A stretch of 64,000 bases of DNA. Origin: an uncultured Fibrobacteria bacterium. GTDB taxonomy: Bacteria; Fibrobacterota; Fibrobacteria; UBA11236. The first letter of the stretch is position 1; each line of letters opens with the position of its first letter. The stretch is taken from assembly GCA_963716395.1 (NCBI GenBank), contig OY970309.1, positions 2,080,001-2,144,000 of the forward strand, given 5' to 3'. Position numbers and translations under genes: made by a program. Shown in pieces: positions 1 through 9,867 of the stretch. The notes under the pieces are model-generated. The model did no database searches, was not told where the DNA came from, and was given only the letters and a program-made list of their open reading frames with translations.

Positions 1-42
1 TCGAGCCGTCACATTTTCTTAGGTAGGGAAGGGAATTCTGAA

Positions 43-2094
43 ATGATCGCTGCTTTTTCTTTCAAAAACACATGCAAAAAACGGCGGCTTCGATCGGTAA
101 CGATAGCCTTCGCGGTAGGTATCATCGGATTTCCGGGAATCGGCACCAGCGGCGAAGCCGCAACCGTGCAGGCCACCTACTACGTTTCTCCTTCCGGCAG
201 CGACCTAAACGCAGGAACCTTGCAGGCGCCGTTTCAAACCATTACCAAGGCGCGCGATGTTGTGCAGACGATCAGCAAAAGCATGACCGGTGATATCATC
301 GTGTATCTCCGCGGAGGGACGTATACAATCGATTCTACTATTTCCATCGGTACTTCCTGTTCCGGGACTAATGGGTACACTATAAAGTTCATGAACTATA
401 CTGGTGAAACTCCGGTAATAAGCGGTGGTCATGTCATTACCGGATGGATCCTGAGCGATACGGCCAAAAACATCTATCAGGCGACCGGCGTCTCCTTCAA
501 TTTTCGCCAATTATATGTTAATGGCGTGAAGGCGATTCGAGCCCGTACACCGAATTTAATCAACGGAAATACGCCGAATTTCTGGAAGCTCACTGGAGTC
601 GATGCGAACGCTAAAAATGTCCAGGTGGAGAGTTCGAAGGTTTCGAACTGGAACAATTTCAAGAATGTTGAAATGGAACTGATTCTCTGCTGGGGGGACA
701 ACACCTTACGGCTCGACTCCTATTCGGTATCTGGTTCCACCGCGTATCTTAAATTCCAGAGTCCGGAACAGGATATCGTATTCCAGCGTCCCAATCCGGG
801 TTTCGGTTTTTGCGGTCAGCAGCGCTATTTCTTTGAAAACGCTTACGAGTTCCTGGATACGGCCGGCGAATGGTATTTGAACCAGTCGACAAATTCCCTG
901 TACTACAAACCGCGCGCCGGAGAAACCATGGCGACCGCAACGGTCATTGCACCGAAAGTCGATACGCTCTTAAGCGTTCGGGGCGCGAGTACTACCGACC
1001 AGGCGCACAACGTAACGTTTTCCGGTATCGATTTCCTGTATGGCCGCTATCTTCGGCCCAGCAATTACGGTTTTCTTGACGCGCAGGCCGGCCAGTACAA
1101 CGTAGCTGCCAACTCAAATAACCAGCAGTATGTCGGACGGCCCGCCGCCAACGTCTACGTGGCATGTGCAAATCACATTCGCTTCGAGCGATGCGTGTTT
1201 GCACATCTGGGAGCCACGGGCCTTGACTTCAATTACGGAACGCACGACGACATGATTATCGGGAACGTGTTCACCGATATCGCCGGTAACGGTGTTTCCA
1301 TTGCCAAATTTACGCAAGACACCACGGTTGAATACCATGTGGCCTATACCCCTTCCGATTCCAACGAACGCTGCATCCGCGATACGATCCGGGACAATTA
1401 TATCGATAACGTCGCCACGGAAATGTTCGGCAGTTGCGGGATTGCCTGCGGGTATCCCCGCATGGTGAATATCGTTCACAATGAGGTGTGCAACACCAGT
1501 TATACCGCCATTTCCGTCGGTTACGGATGGACTGCTACCGTGAACCCCATGAGCAACAATCACATCGATTCCAATGATGTTCACAACTTTGCCCTCATGC
1601 TGGGCGACGCAGGGGGCATCTATACGCTGTCGAACCAACAGCCGAATTCCACGATCCATTACAACTATCTCCACGATTATTTTCCCGTGGCCTGGGCTGA
1701 TAACGGAATAAACGGGATTTATTTGGACGAACAAACCAGCGGTTATGATATTGTCGGTAACGTTTTTGTCAACGCTGTCGGCGACCAGACGGTGCATCAT
1801 AACCAGTCGCCGAATAACACGGAGTCCAATAACAGCGGCACGAGCGCGACGACGATTGCCAATGCGGGAATCGAGGCCGCCTATGCCGACATCAAAAATA
1901 TCACCATTCCGATCCCCACGGAAATTATCTCGGCGCAAAATCCGACGAAAACGCCGGCATCGGCACAGGTTCATCCCGCTCAATCCAACCGGGTTTATTC
2001 GCTCTCCGGACGATATCTTGGGACGGAAAAATCCTTATCCGCAAAAAATGTGAAACCGCTTTATCTCTGCGGCCATCAACCTTGTGCGCCCTGA
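43..2094 (+). CDS. Secreted right-handed beta-helix protein, GH141-like glycoside hydrolase
   Basis: Signal-peptide-like N-terminus; YYVSPSGSD...GT...PF.T and VYLRGGTY start typical of beta-helix CAZymes; GEWYL, DAGGIYTL and GIYLDE motifs; tail VYSLSGR resembles a T9SS-like CTD. Confidence 0.75.
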   Translation: MIAAFSFKNTCKKRRLRSVTIAFAVGIIGFPGIGTSGEAATVQATYYVSPSGSDLNAGTLQAPFQTITKARDVVQTISKSMTGDIIVYLRGGTYTIDSTISIGTSCSGTNGYTIKFMNYTGETPVISGGHVITGWILSDTAKNIYQATGVSFNFRQLYVNGVKAIRARTPNLINGNTPNFWKLTGVDANAKNVQVESSKVSNWNNFKNVEMELILCWGDNTLRLDSYSVSGSTAYLKFQSPEQDIVFQRPNPGFGFCGQQRYFFENAYEFLDTAGEWYLNQSTNSLYYKPRAGETMATATVIAPKVDTLLSVRGASTTDQAHNVTFSGIDFLYGRYLRPSNYGFLDAQAGQYNVAANSNNQQYVGRPAANVYVACANHIRFERCVFAHLGATGLDFNYGTHDDMIIGNVFTDIAGNGVSIAKFTQDTTVEYHVAYTPSDSNERCIRDTIRDNYIDNVATEMFGSCGIACGYPRMVNIVHNEVCNTSYTAISVGYGWTATVNPMSNNHIDSNDVHNFALMLGDAGGIYTLSNQQPNSTIHYNYLHDYFPVAWADNGINGIYLDEQTSGYDIVGNVFVNAVGDQTVHHNQSPNNTESNNSGTSATTIANAGIEAAYADIKNITIPIPTEIISAQNPTKTPASAQVHPAQSNRVYSLSGRYLGTEKSLSAKNVKPLYLCGHQPCAP

Positions 2095-2516
2095 GAATAC
2101 CGCAGAAGAAAATCGCGTTTTGGGCACAAACAAAATCTTTAACCTAAACCGGGTCCAAATACCGCTACTACAAGTTCGGGTCATCCGATCATTGTTTGTG
2201 CGAGTTATTTCCCTTCAGGAATTGGAACGTCCGGCGTTCCGCAATCTGGAGTGTAAGGCCAATCAGCAAGAACAGAATCGGATTAATGCCCGCTGCAAAA
2301 ATCGTCATCTCAAGGCGCAAAGCAATTTCTCGCAATAACTCGTACGTCCTCTCGGCTAACCTGCGGTGAAATGAGGTGAAGTGCGTCGTGGGCTTGAACT
2401 GCGCAGCGATTTGAGAGCGGAATGCGGGGTTCAGGTGGGGAAAAGGAGGGTGCGCGGCTCGAAACCAGGGTAGGGTACTATTGCTGGGAGCCGGGTTTTG
2501 ATTTACCTATGCTCCC

Positions 2517-2906
2517 ATGCTTGCCAATATCAGAACCATAATCGTCAGTTCCTTGCTCGGCGCCTTCGTGCTCTGGAGTTGCGACAACTCCACCAATCCC
2601 GGGCCTTCCAACCCGGTCATCGGAACCTGGAAGGGTACCGTATCGGACTCCACCATGACCATGGTGGTTACGAACGATTCCACCTTCTCAACCGTTTTAC
2701 CCAACCCCGCGGGAACCTATAACTTGACCGGGAAATACACATACGCCGGCAACACCATTACCTTATCCTATGCCAGCGCCTTACAGGGAACGGAAGGCAT
2801 TCCCCCGCCCTCCACTCCCGTTACCGGAACCCTTTCCGGAAATAAAATGACGATTCCGGTTCCCTATACTTCTGCCGGGGATTCCGTCACTCTCAGCAAA
2901 CAATAA
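2517..2906 (+). CDS. Small lipoprotein, lipocalin-like beta-barrel
   Basis: Lipobox-like LWSC after a hydrophobic stretch; VIGTWKG and GKYTYAGNTITL are typical of lipocalin-like domains. Confidence 0.6.
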   Translation: MLANIRTIIVSSLLGAFVLWSCDNSTNPGPSNPVIGTWKGTVSDSTMTMVVTNDSTFSTVLPNPAGTYNLTGKYTYAGNTITLSYASALQGTEGIPPPSTPVTGTLSGNKMTIPVPYTSAGDSVTLSKQ

Positions 2907-2939
2907 CTGCGGCGCGATCGGGTCGAAACCGGATCGGGT

Positions 2940-2968
2940 GCCTTCTCACCTACAAAGAGGGGAAGGCG
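2940..2968. terminator. Possible hairpin terminator between convergent genes
   Basis: Imperfect inverted repeat gccttctc...gaggggaaggc between the stops at 2906 and 2984. Confidence 0.35.
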
Positions 2969-2983
2969 GTTTATCCCGACCCC

Positions 2984-4033
2984 TTATTGAGGGTTCTTCC
3001 CATTGAAAAGAATGGCCTTTTTCCCTTCACCGGGCGACTGGGCGTTTTTGGCTTGAATGATGTCCAGGACTCTTCCATCCACGGAAATGATTTCCAATTC
3101 CCCTGCCGATAAATCCTGGCCGGAAACCGGCATCATCCGCAAATTGTTCCGAATGGAAACGGAACCATTACGAGGTTCCCAGGTCGCGCTGGAAAGGGAA
3201 AGGTAGGCCTTCGCATAGCGCGTCCCCAATTCCTGAAACCCCGCCGCGGTAAAATGCCATACGTCCTTGCCGTTTCCCACCAAACCCGCGGACGAAGCTA
3301 CGGCGCAATGGGCGTATTTGGCAGGAAGACCGTCGACCATCTTGTTGAAGGCCGAATTGTCTTGGGACGGACTGGTGTTGTCTGAGCGTAATTCGCCCAC
3401 TACCACCGGAGTGGTGGAATCAAGGCTGAGGTCTTTTTTGATGTTGTCGAAAATCTGCATGGCCATTACATCCCAAGCCGTGCTGGAACCCGATCCGCTT
3501 TCGCCTTGGTGCAGGAGAATACCCTTGATGACGCCGACTTGCTGGGCCAATTTGCAGCGCGCAATCATCCAAGCATAGGCGTTCTTGCCGTTGGGCGGCC
3601 CGATATTGGCGTTGGGTCCGTTGGGGAGAAAAACATTCAGGGCCACTCCCGCCAGGGCGCAAGGAATAAGCCCGACGCGAACGTCCGAGCGAACCGAATC
3701 CAACAAGGTTTTGGCGAAAAAATCCCCCGGGCAAATTCCTTCATTGCAATCGTGCAAGGGCGGAAAAGCCGTATACCATTGGTCGGTCGTACGGTTCAAG
3801 GGAAACTTGCATTCCGGACTGGCATTGGTGCAATTCATGTAGGCCATCACCGTGACCCGGGATGTGGTATCGCATTCGCCGGTCACCACCGGGCTGGTGG
3901 CCCCTCCGCCCGTCATATTCGATTGTCCGAAAAGCAGGTAAATGTGGTAGTTCGGGTCGGGGGCCGCATGCGCTTCCCCGACCAGAAATGCGGACATCAA
4001 AGCCAAACCGGGAAAAAGCGAAGCTAACCTCAT
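2984..4033 (-). CDS. CE6/SASA-type acetylxylan esterase (SGNH), secreted
   Basis: GQSNM catalytic Ser block, HQGES and DVWH (DxxH) motifs; signal peptide from MRLASLF at 4033; tail IISVDGR is T9SS-CTD-like. Confidence 0.85.
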   Translation of the reverse strand: MRLASLFPGLALMSAFLVGEAHAAPDPNYHIYLLFGQSNMTGGGATSPVVTGECDTTSRVTVMAYMNCTNASPECKFPLNRTTDQWYTAFPPLHDCNEGICPGDFFAKTLLDSVRSDVRVGLIPCALAGVALNVFLPNGPNANIGPPNGKNAYAWMIARCKLAQQVGVIKGILLHQGESGSGSSTAWDVMAMQIFDNIKKDLSLDSTTPVVVGELRSDNTSPSQDNSAFNKMVDGLPAKYAHCAVASSAGLVGNGKDVWHFTAAGFQELGTRYAKAYLSLSSATWEPRNGSVSIRNNLRMMPVSGQDLSAGELEIISVDGRVLDIIQAKNAQSPGEGKKAILFNGKNPQ

Positions 4034-4597
4034 AGCGTGTTTTCCATTCTGTTTAATGGCTCGCCCGCTTTGGGCCAACCCGTTTTCGGAATTGAAGCAT
4101 GCAATTAATCAGTCCTAATTTATCCTCGGCCGGTAAATACCGCAGTAGAAGCCTGGGCGAATTTAGCCGGCGTCGGCTGGAACGAGCGAGAAACTCGTAG
4201 CGGCATCAATTTCCACTCGGGAATCGCGCGCGATTGCGGACGGAAAACCAATTTTGGGAATCAATTAGCGTTGGTTTTACACCTGTTTGTGTCCATGGAT
4301 TTGGGAACCCGCATCTGTTTCCCAAACAACTTGGAAATACGCTTCGAAAAGCAGAAGTGAAGTGCGCCTCGGGTTGAATCCGGCGATGAATTTATGCAGA
4401 AAAAGTCAAAAATCAGGCGGTAGAAATGGGGGGTGGGGCATAAATTGAGAGCCTGGGGCAGGCAATTCGGGGGTAGGGCGAAGAGGAAAATTATGGGGAA
4501 AACGGGTTCGATTTACCTATTCCCCAATGTGCATCGATAACAGAGGCAGAAAAATGGAATATTCATCACGTGGAATTGGTGCTAATCATTCCGAAAA

Positions 4598-6130
4598 ATG
4601 TTTTCACCCCTGAACTCGAAACGGATGAAGCGGATGTTTTTCAGGGCGCTCCTGGCATGCCTCTCCCTTCCCCTGTTCAGCCAAACCATGGCGGCATACG
4701 CCACCGATGTGACCGTGAACCCGGCCGTCAAACACCAGGTGATCGACGGCTTCGGAGCCTCCAGCGCCTGGTGCGGGACCATCAGCAGCACGGTGATGAA
4801 TTCGCTTTACGGCGATCTGGGCTTCAGCATCCTGCGCGTGCGGATTGAAGAAGGTATCGGAGACAGTTGGCAGAACGGGCCCTACACGAGCTGGGCGCCC
4901 GAACTCGCCAACGCGAAAAGCGCAATTGCCCACGGCGCCATCGTGTTCGCGTCTCCATGGAATCCCCCGCCCAGCATCCGGACGGCGGGGACCGGCGGCA
5001 ATGAATATATGGTGGACAGCAGCATGTGGCCGACCTACCGGGACTACCTGAACGCCTATGTCAAGTACTTCAAGGACAACGGCGTCGACCTTTACGCCAT
5101 CTCCATCCAGAACGAGCCGGACTACGCCAACAGTTGGACGGGCTGGTCCGCGGCCCAGATCCACAACTTCATCCTGGAGTACGGCGCCTCCATCACCACC
5201 AAGCTGATCTCGGGGGAGTCGTTCACTTACAACAAGGCCTACTATGACCCCATCCTTAACGACACCAAGGCCCTCGCCAATGTCGCCATCTTCGGCACTC
5301 ACATCTACGGGACTTCGGTGAGCAATTACGCCTATCCCCTCTTCCAACAGATCGGCGTGCCGGCGGGCAAGAAGCTCTGGATGACCGAACACTATCTCAA
5401 CAGCGACGACAACATCACCACCACGATCATGCCGGTCGCCAAGGAGATCCACGACTGCCTGGTCACGGGGAACATGAACGCCTACGTCTACTGGTGGATC
5501 ACCTACGGCAACGGCTTGGCCACGTCTTCCGGCACCATCTACAAGCGGGCCTACGTAATCGGGCAGTTCGCCAAGTACGTCCGCCCGGGCTACTACCGCG
5601 TGGACGCCACCGAAACCCCCGCCACCAACGTATCTGTGAGCGCCTACGCCGGCGCCGACTCGGTGGTCATCGTGGCCATCAATACCGGCACCAGCGCCGT
5701 GAGCCAGAATTTCAGCATTCAGAACGCGACCGTTGCCCAGTTTTCCTCGTGGAACACCACCGCCAACACCAATATGGCCGCGGGTTCGGCGGCTACCGTG
5801 ACGGGTGGCTCGTTTACCGCGAGCCTTCCGGCCCAGAGCATCACCACCTTTGTCGGTAAGAACACCGCGACCTCCCTCATTTCGCGTTCGCTGGCTTCCA
5901 CGCCGGCTGCGGAATTCAAAACGGTGCTTTCGGGGGGAAACATCGTTGTCACCCCCGCGAACAAAGACAACGGCTATAACATTTCGGTGTACATGCTGAA
6001 TGGGCCTTTGGTTGCAAGCAAGCGCGGAAACCGCGGTGTCTTGGCGATTCCGGTCAGCACCAAAGGTCTCTACGTCGTCGACATCACCGCAAACGGACGG
6101 AAGCAGCGAAATATCCTGCCGGTTTACTGA
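4598..6130 (+). CDS. GH30 subfamily 8 endoxylanase with T9SS-like CTD
   Basis: QVIDGFGAS, LGFSILRVRI, FASPWNPP, IQNEPD (acid/base), WMTE (nucleophile), GQFAKYVRPGYYRVDAT; tail VYMLNG...GLYVV. The true start may be 4625. Confidence 0.9.
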   Translation: MFSPLNSKRMKRMFFRALLACLSLPLFSQTMAAYATDVTVNPAVKHQVIDGFGASSAWCGTISSTVMNSLYGDLGFSILRVRIEEGIGDSWQNGPYTSWAPELANAKSAIAHGAIVFASPWNPPPSIRTAGTGGNEYMVDSSMWPTYRDYLNAYVKYFKDNGVDLYAISIQNEPDYANSWTGWSAAQIHNFILEYGASITTKLISGESFTYNKAYYDPILNDTKALANVAIFGTHIYGTSVSNYAYPLFQQIGVPAGKKLWMTEHYLNSDDNITTTIMPVAKEIHDCLVTGNMNAYVYWWITYGNGLATSSGTIYKRAYVIGQFAKYVRPGYYRVDATETPATNVSVSAYAGADSVVIVAINTGTSAVSQNFSIQNATVAQFSSWNTTANTNMAAGSAATVTGGSFTASLPAQSITTFVGKNTATSLISRSLASTPAAEFKTVLSGGNIVVTPANKDNGYNISVYMLNGPLVASKRGNRGVLAIPVSTKGLYVVDITANGRKQRNILPVY

Positions 6131-6254
6131 CAGGAGTCGCGGCCCCGGCCATGATTTTAGTTTTGCACGGTGGAAAACCGGTGGGGTAAATGCGCGCGTG
6201 TGGTTCGCATCGGGGTGCAATGAATAGCTCAGTTGAAGTTGGGTTCGTGGGTCG

Positions 6255-8174
6255 GTGATGGGAACCAAGCTTCGATTTGCCTATGCACTCCTGACGTCCC
6301 TTTTCCTGCCCGGCATGGTCTTGGCCATGGACGACATCCCGTTATACCTGGATGCCGGATGCACCAATAAATCCATCCCGGGCAGCTTCGCCCAGGGCCC
6401 CGCGGACATGCATCTGCCCACCGGAACCAATGGCGGGGGTGAAATCCCCATCAACTGCACCGAGCAACTCACCGGCACCGACGCCATGGAGATCAAGCTG
6501 GATCGGGCCCTGACCAACGGCGAATATTGGGACTTTCAGGTCAAGACGCCGGTCGATCGATACTTTCTCACCCAGGGGTACGTGGACATCCGCTTTTGGG
6601 TGAAGAACAAACTTTCCACTCCCGCGACGTTTAAGCTGACTGGTCAGACCGCGAACTACAGCCCGGGCAATTCCTTCGATACCGTCGTCGCGGGCGGTGG
6701 CACCTGGCAGCAGTTCGTGATTCCGCTGTCCCGGATCACGGATACGGCCTTGAACGCGCTGCAGTTCAGCCAGCCCACGACACTCTCTCCCAATCCCATC
6801 GACCTGCTCGTCGATTCCATCACCATCACCGACGGCACGGAGAACGGGAGCCTGAACATCCCCGCGGCGGTTCATCCGCCGCGCCCGTCCGACTGGGGAG
6901 CCGACTTTTTGATTGGGAGTTTCGACAACCGTCCCCTCAACACCAGCAGCAAGGCCTATCAGGCGGGAATCTATCGCTACCAGTACGTCATGCCCGACAT
7001 CATGACCCAGTACAGTCCTTCCGGCCAGGGATACATCTACGACTACGTCAAGGAGTCGGACACGATGGGCGTGAAGACGGCGATCGTCTTCTACAACCTG
7101 GGAAAGAGCGGCGAAGGATATTCCGCCGTCACCGCGAACCTCGCCAGCGCCGCGTATATGAGTGACTACGTGTCGCGCTACGAGTACGTCCTGAGCCAAC
7201 TGGTCCTGGCGGGGTCGAAAGACTACATCCTGGTGCTGGAGCCCGACATGTACGGATTCCTGATGACCGGACCCAACGGCGTGAATTTCCCACCCATCGA
7301 GGATCCCGCCAAGATCGTCGTCAACATGGACGCGGCCTCCGCCGCCGCCGGCGTCACCTACCCGCCGAACCTCGTGGGGTGGGCCACCTACATGGTGCAG
7401 CGCGCCAAGACGGTCCTGAAGAACAACGGCGTGATCATCGGACACATGCCCAATCACTGGGGCGTGAACATTCCCGGACAGGTGGGGAATGGCCGCAAGG
7501 AGGCCCACATCATCAGCGGCCAGACCATCGCCCGCTTCCTCAACCGCCTGGGACCGCAGGGAATCGGCGACGTCGTGTTCGTGGAGAAGACCGACAATGA
7601 CGCCTCCAACAAGACCAGCGCGAACTGGATGTGGGATTCCACGGGGTACGCGAAGTATCTGCTCTGGACGCGCTGCATCGCCAACGGCACGCACCTTCCC
7701 ATCGTGGGTTGGCAGATCTCCGAGGCCCATTCGACGGATCCCGACACCAACACCCGCGACAATGCCGTGGAATCGCTGTTGGCCAATCCGGGCGAATGGG
7801 TGGACGGCGGATTCGCCGGCATTCTGTACGGGCCGGGCAATCCCGGCAACGCCAACTACGGGACCATTACCGACGGGAATTGGTTCGTCGACCACATGGC
7901 AACGTTCTCGTATCCGCTTCCCACCGCCGGCCTGCGCGCGATCCCCGCCTTCGCGGCCGGTGGCATCCATGCCTTTCTCGATCCGGACGGATTCCGCCTG
8001 GAAGGCTGGTCGGGACGCACCCCGGTGCGCATCTGGAATGTCGTTGGCACCCTCCTCTATGTGCGCCCGCTCTTCTCCGGCGACCGCATCCGCCTCACCC
8101 AGGCGCATGGCCTTCTGTTTTGGGCCGTGGGCGACCGTGCCCAAGTCGGCACCGGCCGAATTTTCATCCCCTAG
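6255..8174 (+). CDS. Secreted putative glycoside hydrolase: N-terminal CBM-like beta-sandwich plus probable TIM-barrel domain
   Basis: Signal peptide; IRFWVK...WQQFVIPLS...LLVDSI resembles a galactose-binding-like CBM; catalytic-looking YRYQY, LVLEPDMYGF, VFVEKTDND and PIVGWQ segments; CTD-like IWNVVGTLL; located in a CAZyme cluster. Confidence 0.55.
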   Translation: MMGTKLRFAYALLTSLFLPGMVLAMDDIPLYLDAGCTNKSIPGSFAQGPADMHLPTGTNGGGEIPINCTEQLTGTDAMEIKLDRALTNGEYWDFQVKTPVDRYFLTQGYVDIRFWVKNKLSTPATFKLTGQTANYSPGNSFDTVVAGGGTWQQFVIPLSRITDTALNALQFSQPTTLSPNPIDLLVDSITITDGTENGSLNIPAAVHPPRPSDWGADFLIGSFDNRPLNTSSKAYQAGIYRYQYVMPDIMTQYSPSGQGYIYDYVKESDTMGVKTAIVFYNLGKSGEGYSAVTANLASAAYMSDYVSRYEYVLSQLVLAGSKDYILVLEPDMYGFLMTGPNGVNFPPIEDPAKIVVNMDAASAAAGVTYPPNLVGWATYMVQRAKTVLKNNGVIIGHMPNHWGVNIPGQVGNGRKEAHIISGQTIARFLNRLGPQGIGDVVFVEKTDNDASNKTSANWMWDSTGYAKYLLWTRCIANGTHLPIVGWQISEAHSTDPDTNTRDNAVESLLANPGEWVDGGFAGILYGPGNPGNANYGTITDGNWFVDHMATFSYPLPTAGLRAIPAFAAGGIHAFLDPDGFRLEGWSGRTPVRIWNVVGTLLYVRPLFSGDRIRLTQAHGLLFWAVGDRAQVGTGRIFIP

Positions 8175-8243
8175 GCGGGATTTACGGGGCCGCGGTATTT
8201 AACCCGGGTTTACGCGCAGCCCGGAATCGATCTAAATTTAAGC

Positions 8244-9758
8244 ATGGCTAAAATTTTATCCGACGTTTCCCGCACCTTCGCCGAATATCTCATCCTGCCG
8301 GGCTTGACCCGCAAGGAACATCTGCCCCGCAACGTTTCGTTGGCCGCGCCCATGGGCGCTTTTGCCCGCGGTGATTCCAGCCGCTTTCACCTCAATGTGC
8401 CCGTGGTGTCGGCCAGCATGCAGTCGGTGTCGGGCCCGGAAATGGCCATTGCGCTGGCCCGTCAAGGCGGCTTGGCTTTCGTGTACTGTTCGCAGCCGAT
8501 TGAAAGCCAGGCGGGCATGATCGCCCGCGCCAAGGCCCACAAGGCGGGCTTTGTGCGCAGCGATTCCAACGTCAAGGCCACCGCCACCTTGGCGGAATTG
8601 CTGGCGGTGCAGCGCCGCACCGGCCATTCCACCGCGGCGGTGACGGCCGACGGCACCAACACGGGAAAATTTTTGGGCATCATCACCGACAAGGATTTCT
8701 GGGAGTTCGAAGACGACTTGAACAGCCCCGTCGCCGGCTACATGACCCCGGTGGAAAAGGTGATCCACGGCCGCGTGGGCATCACCCTGGCCGAGGCCAA
8801 CCGGCTCTTGCACAAACACAAGAAGGAATGCCTGCCGGTGCTGGAAGCCGACGGCCGGCTCAACTCCTTTGTCTTCAAAAAAGATTACGTCGATCACATG
8901 AATAATCCCCGCGAGGTACTCGATCCGGGCAAGCGGCTGGCCGTGGGCGCGGGCATCAACACCCACGACTACGCCGAGCGCGTGCCGGCGCTGGTCGAGG
9001 CCGGTGCCGACGTGCTGGCCTTCGATTCTTCCGACGGATACTCCGAATTCCAACAGGAGGCGGCGCGCTGGGTGCGGGCCCGCTACGGCGACCGCGTGGT
9101 GCTGGGCGGCGGTAACGTGGTTTCGGGCGAAGCCTTCCGGTACTTGGCCGAAGAGGCGGCGGTCGACTTCGTCAAGGTCGGCATCGGGGGCGGCTCGATT
9201 TGCATCACGCGCGAACAGAAGGGCATCGGCCGCGGCCAAGCCTCGGCGCTGATGGACGTGGTGCGTGAACGCGACGCGTTTTTCGCAAAGACCGGGCGCT
9301 ATATTCCCGTTTGCTCCGACGGCGGCCTGGCCAACGACACCCAGATCATTCTGGCCCTGGCCATGGGCGCCGACTTCGTGATGATGGGGCGGTATTTCGC
9401 CATGACTTCGGAAAGCCCGACCCCCAAGGTTTCCATCAAGGGCCGCATGTACAAACCCTATTGGGGCGAAGGCTCCAACCGCGCGCGCAACTGGCAGCGC
9501 TATTCCGACGAAGCCGCGGTCGACCGCCTCAAGTTCGAAGAAGGCGTCGAAGGCTATGTTCCCGTAGTGGGAACGGTACCCGAAGTGCTAGGAGTCACGC
9601 TGGCGAAACTGCGCGCCACCATGTGCAACGTGGGCGCCCGGGACCTGCGCGAGTTCACGCACAAGGCCGAACTCACCATGGTGTCGGAGCAAAGCTTCAT
9701 CGAAGGCGGCACGTCCAACATCATCCAGTCCGACAACGCCTTCGGCGACGACAAATAG
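8244..9758 (+). CDS. guaB: IMP dehydrogenase with CBS pair
   Basis: PVVSASMQSVS, KVGIGGGSICIT with catalytic Cys, SDGG, MMGRYF, YWGEGS and EEGVEG motifs. Confidence 0.93.
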   Translation: MAKILSDVSRTFAEYLILPGLTRKEHLPRNVSLAAPMGAFARGDSSRFHLNVPVVSASMQSVSGPEMAIALARQGGLAFVYCSQPIESQAGMIARAKAHKAGFVRSDSNVKATATLAELLAVQRRTGHSTAAVTADGTNTGKFLGIITDKDFWEFEDDLNSPVAGYMTPVEKVIHGRVGITLAEANRLLHKHKKECLPVLEADGRLNSFVFKKDYVDHMNNPREVLDPGKRLAVGAGINTHDYAERVPALVEAGADVLAFDSSDGYSEFQQEAARWVRARYGDRVVLGGGNVVSGEAFRYLAEEAAVDFVKVGIGGGSICITREQKGIGRGQASALMDVVRERDAFFAKTGRYIPVCSDGGLANDTQIILALAMGADFVMMGRYFAMTSESPTPKVSIKGRMYKPYWGEGSNRARNWQRYSDEAAVDRLKFEEGVEGYVPVVGTVPEVLGVTLAKLRATMCNVGARDLREFTHKAELTMVSEQSFIEGGTSNIIQSDNAFGDDK

Positions 9759-9867
9759 ACGGGTTCGGAAAACCGGGTTTAAAGTCTGAAGCGGACCTGC
9801 TGCGACGGCGAACTCGTCCGTGCCGCCCAAAAGGAAGGCCTACCCGTTTTCGGGAAAGGCTGAACCC

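Noticed and set aside
4527-4613. 28-aa uORF upstream of the GH30 gene
   Set aside because: No compositional or coupling signal; likely chance.
4604-8144. Long antisense ORFs (4604-6268, 6342-8144) and many similar ones elsewhere
   Set aside because: Shadow frames of GC-rich genes, with no motifs, opposite well-supported CDSs.
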